Made by a program: the position numbers and the translations under genes. A stretch of DNA of 64,000 nt, from assembly GCA_002392275.1 (NCBI GenBank), contig DGGQ01000107.1, forward strand, positions 3,781 to 67,780, in the 5' to 3' direction. The stretch comes from Treponema sp. UBA3870. GTDB taxonomy: Bacteria; Spirochaetota; Spirochaetia; Treponematales; Treponemataceae. The notes under the pieces are model-generated. The model saw only the letters and a program-made list of their open reading frames with translations. It was not told the DNA's origin and did not search any database. Below, piece after piece: positions 29,553 through 39,296 of the stretch (positions are counted from its first letter, which is position 1; each line of letters begins with the position of its first letter).

Positions 29553-31286
29553 ATGCCCAATATTCAAAATCAAGAGACGGGAGTGGTTATGAGTGCTATG
29601 GATGATATGGACCCAGAGATTGCGGCCCTTTTGAATGAGACGGAAAACAATCTGCCAAGTGCCGGTGGTGATGGTTCTGGCGCGGGAGATGATGAAGGCT
29701 ATACTTTCGGTGTGGAGGGTAGCGGTCGCTACAGTGATGATGACAGCGAATCGGAGACTGAAAAAAATCCTCTCGCCGTTGATTTGAGTGTCAGCAAGTT
29801 CAAGCCAATCGAAAAGTTCTGGGAGGAGGAGCCGAATCCTGTTTTCGATGACCCGAAGTATTACAAGACATGTTTCACGGGAGAAGACGAAAGTGCGCCA
29901 AGACTGCACCAGCTTCTTTCAAAATATTTGACATCACAGGACAGAAACGACCGTTCTGCATACCGCCAGCAGATTATTCCGGCTTACTGGAATTTTTTGC
30001 GCTCCATGGCTCCGAAGATGGCAAACGCACGGACACCTCTGTGCAAGCGTCTTGCCATGAGATATGGACTGGTTCTTCCGTCGCTATTTGCCCCGGACCA
30101 AAAGGATTTCTTCTCACGCGCGATTCTTGAGAACACTACAGGTGAGCCTGTCCTCTACATGGACGAGTGGATTAAGGAGATTGCGCTTGGACATCTTACG
30201 CCTAGCTTGACGGACGAGCTTCCTGCAAAAAAGAAGGCCGGACCTGCCGCGGACCAACAGAGAATCCAGCAGCTCAAGAGCAAGAACGACGGAAAGATGC
30301 AGAGCGCCGAAAATCTTTTGACTTCACGCGAGGCCGAGAGAGCGCGTCTGGAGCTTCAGGTTCAGGACAAGGTTAAGATGCTGACAGAGCACAACCCTGT
30401 TATTGGTCTGGACAACCACACTCAGCCATACAGCGATACACAGAGAAGGCTTTTTGCCGAAATCAACACGCTTTTCCATTCTTTGCAGAAGGTCGACAAG
30501 GAGCTTGCGGGCTACCTGAGGGAACTTCAGGAGGCAAAGGAAGTAAACTACAGTCTGGAATCAAAGGCTTCCGAATTTTCTGATGAGACAGTCTCAATCG
30601 GTCTTGAGGAAATCCTTGGTGAAATGACGACGGTCCGCCAGATGGCAAAGATGACTTGCGGTCGCCAGGGAAACCAGTTCCCGATTTTGAGCAAAGAGTT
30701 TTTCCATTGTCTTGGAAAGGAAACAGGATTCCGCGAGAACGTTATCAGGGAGCTTGAGGAGATTGAGTCCATCGATCCGGGCTGCTTCCAGAGAATACAC
30801 CGCAACGTGCCGAACAGAATTGTTCCCTATGTTCTTCTGGTCCCGACCTACGGAGACTCTGGTTTCTGCTGGGAGCCTTTTGAAAGACTGAACCGCATCA
30901 CAAGCCGTGGACGCATTGTAATTCCGATGTATCCGCGCAATCTGAAAATTGCATGTCTGACAGCCGTTGCAGATTTGAGATGGCAGGTCGCAAAGGAAAA
31001 GGCTTCGTTCGACTGGATGTCCGAGGGATTGACCGGACAGTATTACCAGTATATCGAAGGCAAAAAACTCAGGGGCGATGTGAAGCAGTTCTTCATAGAG
31101 GATTACATTCTCTGGATGACAAAGGAGTGCAACGGAACCCAGAAACTTGACAAAGAGGTTCGCGCAATCTTCTGGCGTTACATACCGTTCCCACAGGAGC
31201 GCAAGGATGAACTCAAAAAGCGCAGCATGGTCTATCAGGAGCTCTACCAGCGTGACATCAACCGCAGCATGAGCGACGGATATTGA
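29553..31286 (+). CDS. Hypothetical protein with central coiled coil
   Basis: 577-aa ORF with codon usage like its neighbours; start may be 29589; no family recognised. Confidence 0.75.
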   Translation: MPNIQNQETGVVMSAMDDMDPEIAALLNETENNLPSAGGDGSGAGDDEGYTFGVEGSGRYSDDDSESETEKNPLAVDLSVSKFKPIEKFWEEEPNPVFDDPKYYKTCFTGEDESAPRLHQLLSKYLTSQDRNDRSAYRQQIIPAYWNFLRSMAPKMANARTPLCKRLAMRYGLVLPSLFAPDQKDFFSRAILENTTGEPVLYMDEWIKEIALGHLTPSLTDELPAKKKAGPAADQQRIQQLKSKNDGKMQSAENLLTSREAERARLELQVQDKVKMLTEHNPVIGLDNHTQPYSDTQRRLFAEINTLFHSLQKVDKELAGYLRELQEAKEVNYSLESKASEFSDETVSIGLEEILGEMTTVRQMAKMTCGRQGNQFPILSKEFFHCLGKETGFRENVIRELEEIESIDPGCFQRIHRNVPNRIVPYVLLVPTYGDSGFCWEPFERLNRITSRGRIVIPMYPRNLKIACLTAVADLRWQVAKEKASFDWMSEGLTGQYYQYIEGKKLRGDVKQFFIEDYILWMTKECNGTQKLDKEVRAIFWRYIPFPQERKDELKKRSMVYQELYQRDINRSMSDGY

Positions 31287-31404
31287 TTTTCCGATAGAAA
31301 TGTTTTGAAGCCCTGGATTTTGTTCCGGGGCTTTTTTGTGTCCTTGGACGCGGATTTCTGTGTGACACTTGAAAAAAACTGGGTTTAAAATCTATAATAT
31401 AAGA

Positions 31405-32766
31405 ATGAAAGTTATTGTTGTTGGAAGCGGCGGTCGAGAGCACGCCATTGCATGGAAACTTGCCCAGAGTGTGGCTGTTTCTGAAGTTATCTGTGTACCT
31501 GGAAATGGTGGTACTGGTCAGGAAGCTAAATGCAGGAACATCAATCCTGTGGACTGCGATTATCTTGGCGGTGTGACCGGCAATGATGTCTATGTCCAGA
31601 TTGCGAGGCACGAGGGGTGTACTCTGGCTGTGATCGGTCCAGAGAATCCATTGGCGGATGGACTTGCCGATTCGTTCTGGGCTGCTGACATTTTGACTGT
31701 CGGTCCAAAGAAGGCTGCTGCACAACTTGAGGCCAGCAAGGATTTGGCAAAATCCTTTATGAAGAAATACGGCGTGGCCTGTGCGAAGAGCGAAACTTTT
31801 ACGGACAAGGACAAGGCTCTTGAGTATATTGAAAAAATAGGTGCGCCAATTGTTGTAAAGGCTGACGGTCTTGCTGCGGGAAAGGGCGTTGTTGTTGCAA
31901 AAACTCTTGAGGAAGCCCGCGATGCCGTTGTCTCAATGATGGAGCACAATTCGCTTGGCAATGCCGGTTCAAAGCTTGTGATTGAGGAATACCTTCGTGG
32001 AACAGAGATTTCGGTTTTGGCGGCGGTTTCTTCGACCCCTGATTTTGCAAAGTCGGGGAAGTCATGCATTGTGCCGTTTGTTTCTGCACGCGACCACAAG
32101 CGTCTTCAGGATGGTGCCAAGGGACCAAACACTGGCGGAATGGGTGCGGTTGCTCCTGTTGATGATTTTACGGACGAGCTCAGGCAGAAGTTTGTGAAGG
32201 ACATTTTGGAGCCGACTTTGAATGGTATTATCGCAGAAGGATTTGACTACCGTGGATTCATTTTCTTTGGAATTATGCTGACTGCCGATGGACCTAAATG
32301 TCTTGAATACAATGTGCGTCTTGGCGATCCAGAGACCCAGGCCGTTCTTCCGCTTATGGATTTTGATTTTGAGCATCTGTGCGAGGCAATTGTTGATGGC
32401 GACCTGAAGACTTTCAAAATGTCATGGAGACCGGGATATGTGGTTGCACCTGTGGCCGTGAGCGGAGGTTATCCTCATGGATATAAAAAGGGCCTCCCGA
32501 TTTTCTGTGGAAAGGATTCGCTCATCTCGACCGGAGCAAAAGTGTTTATAGCTGGAGCCATACTGGACAGACGTTCGGACAGAGTTACAAGTCCTGACCG
32601 CACGGGGCTTGTTACAAGTGGCGGAAGGGTTTTGGCCTGCTCCGGCTATGGAACAAGTTTTGACGAAGCATGGAACAAGGCATACAACGCTCTGAACGCA
32701 ATTTCTTTTGAGGGAATATTCTACCGCAAGGACATTGGACTTCCGGGTGCCGCTGAATCGAATTAG
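31405..32766 (+). CDS. purD: Phosphoribosylamine-glycine ligase
   Basis: VGSGGREHA, KADGLAAGKGV, GPNTGGMG, EYNVRLGDPE, TSGGRV. Confidence 0.97.
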   Translation: MKVIVVGSGGREHAIAWKLAQSVAVSEVICVPGNGGTGQEAKCRNINPVDCDYLGGVTGNDVYVQIARHEGCTLAVIGPENPLADGLADSFWAADILTVGPKKAAAQLEASKDLAKSFMKKYGVACAKSETFTDKDKALEYIEKIGAPIVVKADGLAAGKGVVVAKTLEEARDAVVSMMEHNSLGNAGSKLVIEEYLRGTEISVLAAVSSTPDFAKSGKSCIVPFVSARDHKRLQDGAKGPNTGGMGAVAPVDDFTDELRQKFVKDILEPTLNGIIAEGFDYRGFIFFGIMLTADGPKCLEYNVRLGDPETQAVLPLMDFDFEHLCEAIVDGDLKTFKMSWRPGYVVAPVAVSGGYPHGYKKGLPIFCGKDSLISTGAKVFIAGAILDRRSDRVTSPDRTGLVTSGGRVLACSGYGTSFDEAWNKAYNALNAISFEGIFYRKDIGLPGAAESN

Positions 32767-32790
32767 TCTGTAAGGCTTTTCTAAAAGATT

Positions 32791-32823
32791 AGTCCTCCGT
32801 CATGTGGCGGAGGATTTTTTTTT
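32791..32823 (+). terminator. Intrinsic terminator after purD
   Basis: GTCCTCCGTCA..TGGCGGAGGAT followed by a T-run. Confidence 0.75.
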
Positions 32824-32897
32824 GCTGATTCGCTCAATAAAACTCAATAAAAGGCTAAAACTTGAGTTTTCTAGAACTTTTTTTGTCTATTAGTCCG

Positions 32898-33090
32898 AAT
32901 TTCGAGTTTTCTGTCACGAGGCTTGAACACAGTACTGTCATGCTGAACGTGGTTGCTTACAACCCAATTCAGAATCTATACCCACTGCAACGTTGGAAGA
33001 GATTCCGAAACGAGTTCGGAATGACGGGCTTTGTAAAAACTCGAATTTGAACCTACTAAAAAATTCCGGGACAAGCCCTAGGATGACATG
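32898..33090. repeat. REP-like palindromic element cluster
   Basis: TTCGAGTTTT...AAAACTCGAA outer stem enclosing GTCATGCTGAAC...TTCGGAATGAC; further GGGACAAGCCC..GGATGAC half element. Confidence 0.55.
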
Positions 33091-33123
33091 TGTTTATAGA
33101 ACGTTAAATTGAACCCTATAAAA

Positions 33124-33158
33124 AATCCCCCGTCTCAAAATAAATGAGATGGGGGATT
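33124..33158 (-). terminator. Intrinsic terminator of the left Msp-like gene
   Basis: AATCCCCCATCTCA/TGAGACGGGGGATT stem followed by a T-run on the minus strand. Confidence 0.8.
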
Positions 33159-33184
33159 AGTTCAACAGACTGAATCAGCTAAGA

Positions 33185-34651
33185 TTACAGAGCAATCTTG
33201 CATGTCAGGTTGATTGTACCAATCTGTCCGTTGTCCTTGTTTCCGCTAAGAAGGTTGCGTGATGTCCAGTCAAGAGAGAATGTTGTGTTGTTGATGAGTC
33301 CAGAAACATCAGCTCCAACCTTTACGTTCATAAGAGTGTTGTCAGCGTTGGTTCCAACGATGTCACTATTGAATTTACCGTTGTCACCATAGCACTTGTC
33401 CTTAAGGTTTGGCAATGTTGCACCATTTGCAAAGCGCATACCAGCCTGTGGTGTGATTGTGATGGCATCGGTTGCCTTCAATGCATACTTAACTCCACCA
33501 GCGACTCCGAATCCAACTTTAGAATTAGGAGCTGTCGGTGCGTTGATTTCTGCAAGCACACCCGCTGTAAGTCCAGGAATGATGTCTCCTGTGTAGAGGG
33601 AAGGAACAATCTGAATTACAGGGTCCTTTGTGAGACTTGTAATTTTTGCAGCAACACCAACTCCTGGCGTAACCTTCTTTGCATTGTCATTGTCAAGATA
33701 GTAGACTCCCGCGTTTGCATCAACTGTGGCACCCCATCCAAGCAGGACTCCAGCTCCAAGTTCCATTGTTGGGTCGGCATTGTCAATCTTTGCCATTGTG
33801 AACGCCACGCTTGGCTGCAGGTAGAACTTATCTCCCATGCTCAGCTTGTAGCTGGCATTTGCACCAAGTCCAAGAGCCTTTGCATCAAACTGATAGTCAA
33901 CACCGACACCAATTGAGAGTCCTGGAACAAACTTCAATGTTGTCTCTGCCGCAAGACCGTAGTCGTTAGCGTAAGGCGTTGAAGATGTTGATGTACTAGT
34001 AGTAGTAGAAGTATCAATTAGCACAAGACTATTATCAGTATCCCATGCTGCAGTATACTCCTCAGATGTTCCACTCTTTACATCCGTGTATTCATCAGTT
34101 GTTCCAACGCGATGTCCCCATGTATAAGTTGTTTTTTGGGTGGCGGTTTTGGTTTCTACTGGCTTTGAACGGAAATCAACTGCTACATCGAAAAGACTGC
34201 TGTTATATCCGGCAACAATACCCTGTGTGTGGCTTGGATCCGCAACATCGGCAACAGTCAAGGCGTTGTCGTGGTCTGCAGAACGAATGGCGTTCACTAA
34301 CTTGTACTTTCCGTAAACTGTGTCGCCAGACTTGATTCCAACATAGACAGGTCCGAAATGGAGCTGAGCCTTCTCTACAGAAGCGGTTCCATCCTTAATT
34401 GCACCGTTCTCAGCATACAGAGACTTACCTTTTAGCTCGATCTCTGCCCAGATTCCTTCACCTTCAGTTTTCTTGGTTCCCTCGTTGGTAAAGTTTACCT
34501 TGAGCTTTGCTTCCTCAGTATTCTTGAAGCCGGTCTTGCCAGTGTCAAGATCTACGCCCCAAGTAACTGATGCGTTTCCAGAAAGCTCTGCAACCTTCAA
34601 GTCCGCTACAGGCTCATCTGCAAATGTAAGTGCAGCCGCCGCGGCTGCCAT
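33185..34651 (-). CDS. Msp/Tpr-family major outer sheath protein, silent 5'-incomplete cassette (copy A)
   Basis: LSGNASVTWGVDLDTGKTGFKN N-terminal block; paralog of 40413-41786; intact frame but signal peptide begins at MAAAAAALTFA with no basic n-region and no RBS. Confidence 0.8.
   Translation of the reverse strand: MAAAAAALTFADEPVADLKVAELSGNASVTWGVDLDTGKTGFKNTEEAKLKVNFTNEGTKKTEGEGIWAEIELKGKSLYAENGAIKDGTASVEKAQLHFGPVYVGIKSGDTVYGKYKLVNAIRSADHDNALTVADVADPSHTQGIVAGYNSSLFDVAVDFRSKPVETKTATQKTTYTWGHRVGTTDEYTDVKSGTSEEYTAAWDTDNSLVLIDTSTTTSTSTSSTPYANDYGLAAETTLKFVPGLSIGVGVDYQFDAKALGLGANASYKLSMGDKFYLQPSVAFTMAKIDNADPTMELGAGVLLGWGATVDANAGVYYLDNDNAKKVTPGVGVAAKITSLTKDPVIQIVPSLYTGDIIPGLTAGVLAEINAPTAPNSKVGFGVAGGVKYALKATDAITITPQAGMRFANGATLPNLKDKCYGDNGKFNSDIVGTNADNTLMNVKVGADVSGLINNTTFSLDWTSRNLLSGNKDNGQIGTINLTCKIAL
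34631..34651 (-). repeat. Left inverted repeat, candidate recombination site (ATGGCAGCCGCGGCGGCTGCA)
   Basis: Exact reverse complement of 40440-40460; internal dyad GCAGCCGC-G-GCGGCTGC. Confidence 0.9.
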
Positions 34652-34795
34652 ATTACAATACAGGTGTATTGGGTGATTGCGATTTATGGGCGTTGGTCGC
34701 AAGCTATGCTTGCTAACGAGTTTTTACTTGCTCGCGAAGGTTCGCATTTTTCGCTTTGCGAAAAACCGTAAAAACTCGCGAATACTATGAGTGAT

Positions 34796-34953
34796 GCCAG
34801 AAATTGACGTAGGCAATTTCTGGGTAGTGAGGGACCTAAGGCCCGAACGCCGGGAAGACTTTCCCCTCAAAAATAAGATGCGCCAGAAATTGACGCAGAC
34901 AGTTTCTGGGTAGTGAGGGACTTAAGGCCCGAACGTCGGGAAGACTTTCCCCT
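34796..34953. repeat. Tandem pair of ~72-bp hairpin-rich REP-like units
   Basis: 34796-34867 and 34882-34953 nearly identical; stems CCAGAAATTG/CAATTTCTGG and GGGAAG/TTTCCC. Confidence 0.85.
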
Positions 34954-34961
34954 TCAGCATT

Positions 34962-36116
34962 TTAAATCTCCTGTTCCAGAGTCCTTAGTTGGGAGGCGGC
35001 GATGGGGTCTTTTGGGTCGATTTCAAGGACGGTCATAAAATACTTTCGGGCCTCGCTTTCGTTTCCCATTTTTAAAAAAAGATAACCCAGGTTGCTTATG
35101 ATTTTTGTGTTGTCGGGGTCCATGTTCAATGCTTCAACCAGACTTTCCTTTGCGCCGGCAAAATCACCGGTCTCCATCTGGCAGATTGCAAGTTCGTTCA
35201 GGGTGTCCGAATTCTCGTCTCCACCTTCGCACTCCCTTGCCTTTTCAAAAGCCTGTTTGGCATCGGCAAAGCGTTCTAGACGACGCAGACCCCATCCAAG
35301 CAAAAACCATGCGTTCCAGACTGCCGGATTGTTCTGAAGAAAAATGCGCACCTCGTTGATTCCCTTTTCCTCCTGCCCGGACGAAATCAGTTCGTATGCG
35401 TTGTGGTAATGCTCGTCCTCCAGATTGCGTGCGGAAATCTTGTTCAAAAAATCCTGTGCGGTTTCACGCTTTTCTTCTCCACGTGGTCCAAGCTCTTCTT
35501 CGCTGGCATCGGTGGTTAGTGCAAGAAAACTTTCAAATGCCCACTTTGCCTCGGAAAAATTGCGCTTCTTCATGTAAAAATATCCGGCGTTGAAAAATGC
35601 GTCGGGGATTTCGGGTTCGCTGTTCATTGCGTCCTTGTAGTAGGTCAGGGCAAAATCATCGTAGGCATCGGCATCTTCGTGGAGATTGTTTTTTCTGTAG
35701 CTGTCAGCCGCCTGGTCAAAAAACAGTGCCATGTTCAGGATTATGTTTTTGTTTTCCGGGTCCAAGCCGTGCAGAGCGGACCACATTTCTTCCGCCAAAT
35801 CCCAGTCCTCGTTGCGGGTCTTTAGGATTGCCGCCTCCTGTAGCTCCACCTTGATGTTCGGCCGGATATTTTCAATCAACTGTCTATAATATGGAAGATT
35901 TTCGTTGTCTCGGTCATAGGCAAGAACGGTCAGTATGCCTGCGAGTATTTGTTCCTGAGAAAGTTCCGAAAGATTTAGGGAGCCAGTCTCGTCTCCATCC
36001 TTTTTTTGGACGGGAATCATGATTGACGGGTCGAGCTTGAAATTTGGGTCCGCAAATTTGTAGCCGTCGGGAAGTTTTATAAAATAGACCGATTCTAGGT
36101 GGTTTGCTGGGTTCAT
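34962..36116 (-). CDS. Tetratricopeptide-repeat protein
   Basis: Multiple TPR patterns (AFFNAGYFY, AWFLLGW, IISNLGYLF..ALNMDP). Confidence 0.88.
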   Translation of the reverse strand: MNPANHLESVYFIKLPDGYKFADPNFKLDPSIMIPVQKKDGDETGSLNLSELSQEQILAGILTVLAYDRDNENLPYYRQLIENIRPNIKVELQEAAILKTRNEDWDLAEEMWSALHGLDPENKNIILNMALFFDQAADSYRKNNLHEDADAYDDFALTYYKDAMNSEPEIPDAFFNAGYFYMKKRNFSEAKWAFESFLALTTDASEEELGPRGEEKRETAQDFLNKISARNLEDEHYHNAYELISSGQEEKGINEVRIFLQNNPAVWNAWFLLGWGLRRLERFADAKQAFEKARECEGGDENSDTLNELAICQMETGDFAGAKESLVEALNMDPDNTKIISNLGYLFLKMGNESEARKYFMTVLEIDPKDPIAASQLRTLEQEI

Positions 36117-37105
36117 GCTTTTCCTTCCGCTGGACTTGCCGGGTTTGCTGGATTTTGCTGCTGGGACGGTTGCAGTTTGGGCGCATTCTGCTGGGCCTTT
36201 TGAATGTTCTGCTGTATAATCTGCGCGCGCTGCTCCTTGATTTTCTGCTCGACAAGTGCCCGTTGTTTTTCAATCTCTTCCTGTCTCGCCTGATTTTCAA
36301 GCTCGTTTTTACGAAGGGAAGAAAGATAGCCGTTGATTCGGAGCTTGTATGCCATGGAGATTGAATCCTCGTTGAATCTTATGCCGGCTGCGTAGATGTC
36401 GTTTCGTCCGTCAGCGGGGGTTGCTTTCAGAATGATTCCCTTCAGAGAGATTGTCTCATCGGGATCAAGAAACTGTAGGTTAAGCTCTATCTCCTTGTTC
36501 ACAAGAAACTTTGCCAACCCCAAAACCATGACCTTTGCGCCACCAAAAGAAAGGTCCCTCAGGATGCACCGTCTTGGAACGCCCTGGATTGTGATGACGG
36601 TTTCCTCTCCCGGAATGCCAAGTCTGCGGCATGTGTCCTTATTTAATAGAATTCTTTCGTCAAAACGTCGGATGGCATTTTCGTTTGCGTCAATAAGGTG
36701 GCCCACCATCTCGATAAAGGCATCCGGTGGACGCTGGTTGAAAACTATGGTAACAATTGCAAGGTCCGTGCTGTTTGCGTAGGACTCCATCCCGCTGATT
36801 TTGCCCGCAACAAAGAAACTGAGCTGTTCGCCAGACGGACGGTTGAAGAAAAACCGAATGTTTACAGCTCCCGACATTTTTTCCACGAGCTGCTGGAAAA
36901 TTCCGCCTCTTGTTCCAACGATGACCTTGACCTGCTGAAAGGACGTGGAGTTGATGATGCAGGGCCACTGAAGTCCGTTGCACTTAAGAAATATTTGCTT
37001 CGGATCCATGCCAAAGATTTTGATTACATCCTTGGTAAATTTTATCTCGGTCGTCCTGTAATAGTCATAATAATGATTCAACTGTTGAGCGGTAACTATA
37101 GCCAT
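36113..37105 (-). CDS. PilZ-domain c-di-GMP receptor (spirochaete PlzA-like)
   Basis: RRFDERI (RxxxR) and DLSFGG (DxSxxG) motifs. Confidence 0.85.
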   Translation of the reverse strand: MAIVTAQQLNHYYDYYRTTEIKFTKDVIKIFGMDPKQIFLKCNGLQWPCIINSTSFQQVKVIVGTRGGIFQQLVEKMSGAVNIRFFFNRPSGEQLSFFVAGKISGMESYANSTDLAIVTIVFNQRPPDAFIEMVGHLIDANENAIRRFDERILLNKDTCRRLGIPGEETVITIQGVPRRCILRDLSFGGAKVMVLGLAKFLVNKEIELNLQFLDPDETISLKGIILKATPADGRNDIYAAGIRFNEDSISMAYKLRINGYLSSLRKNELENQARQEEIEKQRALVEQKIKEQRAQIIQQNIQKAQQNAPKLQPSQQQNPANPASPAEGKA

Positions 37106-37171
37106 ATAGGCATTTTAGTTTATAAAGCATCAATTGTAAAGTAGAAAAATCTGGCATAACAGCGGGTTATT

Positions 37172-38011
37172 TTATTTGGGGCTTGAGTTGTCCTTCTCCA
37201 GCTCAAAAAGAACATCTTCCAAGGGTGCTCCCATTTTTTCGGCGGCGGTCTTTGGGTTTACACCAAAATCATTTACAAGAACCAGCGCATTCTCGACGGC
37301 CTTTCTGTGTTCGCCATTTTCAAACCCAGCTTCAAGACCTGCCTCATAGTCGTAGGTCCTCTGTCTTTCCCATTCCATGTACTGCATCCTCCATTGTGTG
37401 TTCTTCTTCGCGTCATCGGCAAGCTTCGCAATCCTGTCGGTGAAATCCGAGGAGCTTTCGTTTGTCAGTATGAATTTTAGAAACGACCGCTGCTCCCCGT
37501 CAAGAAGTTTATCACAGTTTCTAGCAATGAAAAAGTATTTGTGTGTCCTGTCGCCCAAAGGAAGGGTGTTGTCCTGCCTGCAGAGGTTCTCGAATGTGTA
37601 TACCGGCAGCCCCCGAGAGAAGACATCGCCTATGCAGATGAAAATAATGTAAGACTCCTTCAGCTCGGAGTATTTCTGTCCGGCGCCCAGAGTGTCAATA
37701 TCTATCACGCTCTGGTAGTAGCGCGCCCGCTCCGGAAGCTCCTTGGTGTCCACCGCCTGCATCTCGATGTCGAAGGCCCTGGAGCTGTTCCTTGCGTACA
37801 CATCAAGGCGTATGCACTTGCTTCCGTAGTCAACCATGATTTCGTCCTCCGAGTGCGTCTCTATTCGCTCGATGTCCATTCCGAGCAGAATCTCCAGAAG
37901 CCTCCGGCAGATTTCGGGATTGTTGTGCATGACCTTGTAGAACAGGAAGTTGTTTGCGAGTGTGGCCCGCTCCCATTTTTCTTCCGGAGTCAGTTTTTCT
38001 TTTGTTTCCAT
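37172..38011 (-). CDS. Rpn-family PD-(D/E)XK nuclease / putative transposase, copy 1
   Basis: NNFLFYKVM, IRLDVY, FDIEMQ, RARYYQS, YIIFIC. Confidence 0.9.
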   Translation of the reverse strand: METKEKLTPEEKWERATLANNFLFYKVMHNNPEICRRLLEILLGMDIERIETHSEDEIMVDYGSKCIRLDVYARNSSRAFDIEMQAVDTKELPERARYYQSVIDIDTLGAGQKYSELKESYIIFICIGDVFSRGLPVYTFENLCRQDNTLPLGDRTHKYFFIARNCDKLLDGEQRSFLKFILTNESSSDFTDRIAKLADDAKKNTQWRMQYMEWERQRTYDYEAGLEAGFENGEHRKAVENALVLVNDFGVNPKTAAEKMGAPLEDVLFELEKDNSSPK

Positions 38012-38244
38012 GCTATATATATATTCCATGAAATTCAGAAATGTAAAAAAATTGCAAAATTTTTCTATAAAATATGACTTTCTCGCTTCTCGCAATCCAT
38101 TGGTACAAGCCACAAGCCAAAATCTTGCAACAAAATCTTGACTAAATCAGTTTTTTCTACGACACTTTAGGTTGTATGGGGAATCTCTGGAGGAAATCTT
38201 TTTGGGAGTCCCATATACATATCTTTATTCGATGGGAGAAGAAT

Positions 38245-38940
38245 ATGAAGAAAATTTTAGCACTCGCCGCGGTGGCTGTAACTGCCGTAGCTTTGGCATC
38301 TGCCGATCCACTTTTCGTTGGTCACGCATACTTTGGTGTTGGTCTGGGTTCTGCTGTACAGGATTGGAACAAAGATAACAGTACCCGTACAGATTTAGGC
38401 AATAACTACAAATGGAATTTCGGCTCAAATCTGGACTTCGGTGCGGGAGTTGCAATCAACATTCCGTTCGGCGACTATTTCGGTTTCCAGCCGGGCGTGG
38501 ATTTCTACGTGAACAATGTCGGTTATCATTATGAGACTAGCAACGGTTACGACAAAAGAGACCAGACTTTCACATACCTTTCACTGGATATTCCGCTTTT
38601 GTTTACGGCAAAAATCAACAAATGGAATTTTGCGATAGGTCCTTATGTGTCCATTCCTCTTGGCGATGTAACTTCTACACGCAATATTATTTCATCCAGC
38701 TCTTTAACTTCTTACAAGTACTCGCATTCATGGGGTTCCATCGGTGCTCTGGTGGGCGTAGGATATGAGATGAGGATAGGTCTCGGCAGACTCGTGTTTG
38801 GCGGACGCTATTTCCACGATTTCATGCCTATTGATGTTGAGTACAAGGACTACATCAACAGTTGGCCAGATGGTACGCTGAGTCTCTGGCGTGGTGCATT
38901 GGAAATCGATGTTGCCTACAAGATTCCGCTCTCATTCTAA
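38245..38940 (+). CDS. Outer-membrane beta-barrel protein
   Basis: Signal peptide, YLSLDIPLL and GPYVSIPL strands, terminal Phe. Confidence 0.75.
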   Translation: MKKILALAAVAVTAVALASADPLFVGHAYFGVGLGSAVQDWNKDNSTRTDLGNNYKWNFGSNLDFGAGVAINIPFGDYFGFQPGVDFYVNNVGYHYETSNGYDKRDQTFTYLSLDIPLLFTAKINKWNFAIGPYVSIPLGDVTSTRNIISSSSLTSYKYSHSWGSIGALVGVGYEMRIGLGRLVFGGRYFHDFMPIDVEYKDYINSWPDGTLSLWRGALEIDVAYKIPLSF

Positions 38941-39014
38941 TCTGACGGAAACATTCGGCTAGACGAAAACCGCATCTTTTATAGGGTGCGGTTTTTTTAT
39001 GGATTTGTGCAGTT

Positions 39015-39233
39015 TTAGGTTCTGTTCTCCAGCTCAAAAAGAACGTCCTCCAGGGGGGCTCCCATTTTTTCGGCGGCGGTCTTTGGGTTTACACCAAAAT
39101 CATTTACAAGAACCAACGCATTCTCGACGGCCTTTCTGTGTTCGCCATTTTCAAATCCGTTTTCAAATCCGTTTTCAAATCCAGCATTAAGTCCGGCCTC
39201 ATAGTCATAGGTCCTCTGTCTTTCCCATTCCAT
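39015..39233 (-). CDS. Stand-alone Rpn C-terminal module (putative small antitoxin)
   Basis: GGAGG RBS 9 nt before ATG; near-identical to the C-termini of both full Rpn copies. Confidence 0.6.
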   Translation of the reverse strand: MEWERQRTYDYEAGLNAGFENGFENGFENGEHRKAVENALVLVNDFGVNPKTAAEKMGAPLEDVLFELENRT

Positions 39234-39296
39234 GTACTGCATCCTCCATTGTGTGTCCTTCTTCTGCAAATTAGAAAAATCTGGCATAACAGCGGG

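Noticed and set aside
34652-34702. ORF-track N-terminal extension MRPTPINRNHPIHLYCN of Msp copy A
   Set aside because: TTG start without RBS, not signal-peptide-like and unrelated to copy B; treated as a chance open frame
34796-34953. Two 72-bp repeats as a mini-CRISPR
   Set aside because: Repeats too long, only a 14-bp gap, two units and no cas genes; better explained as REP-like hairpins
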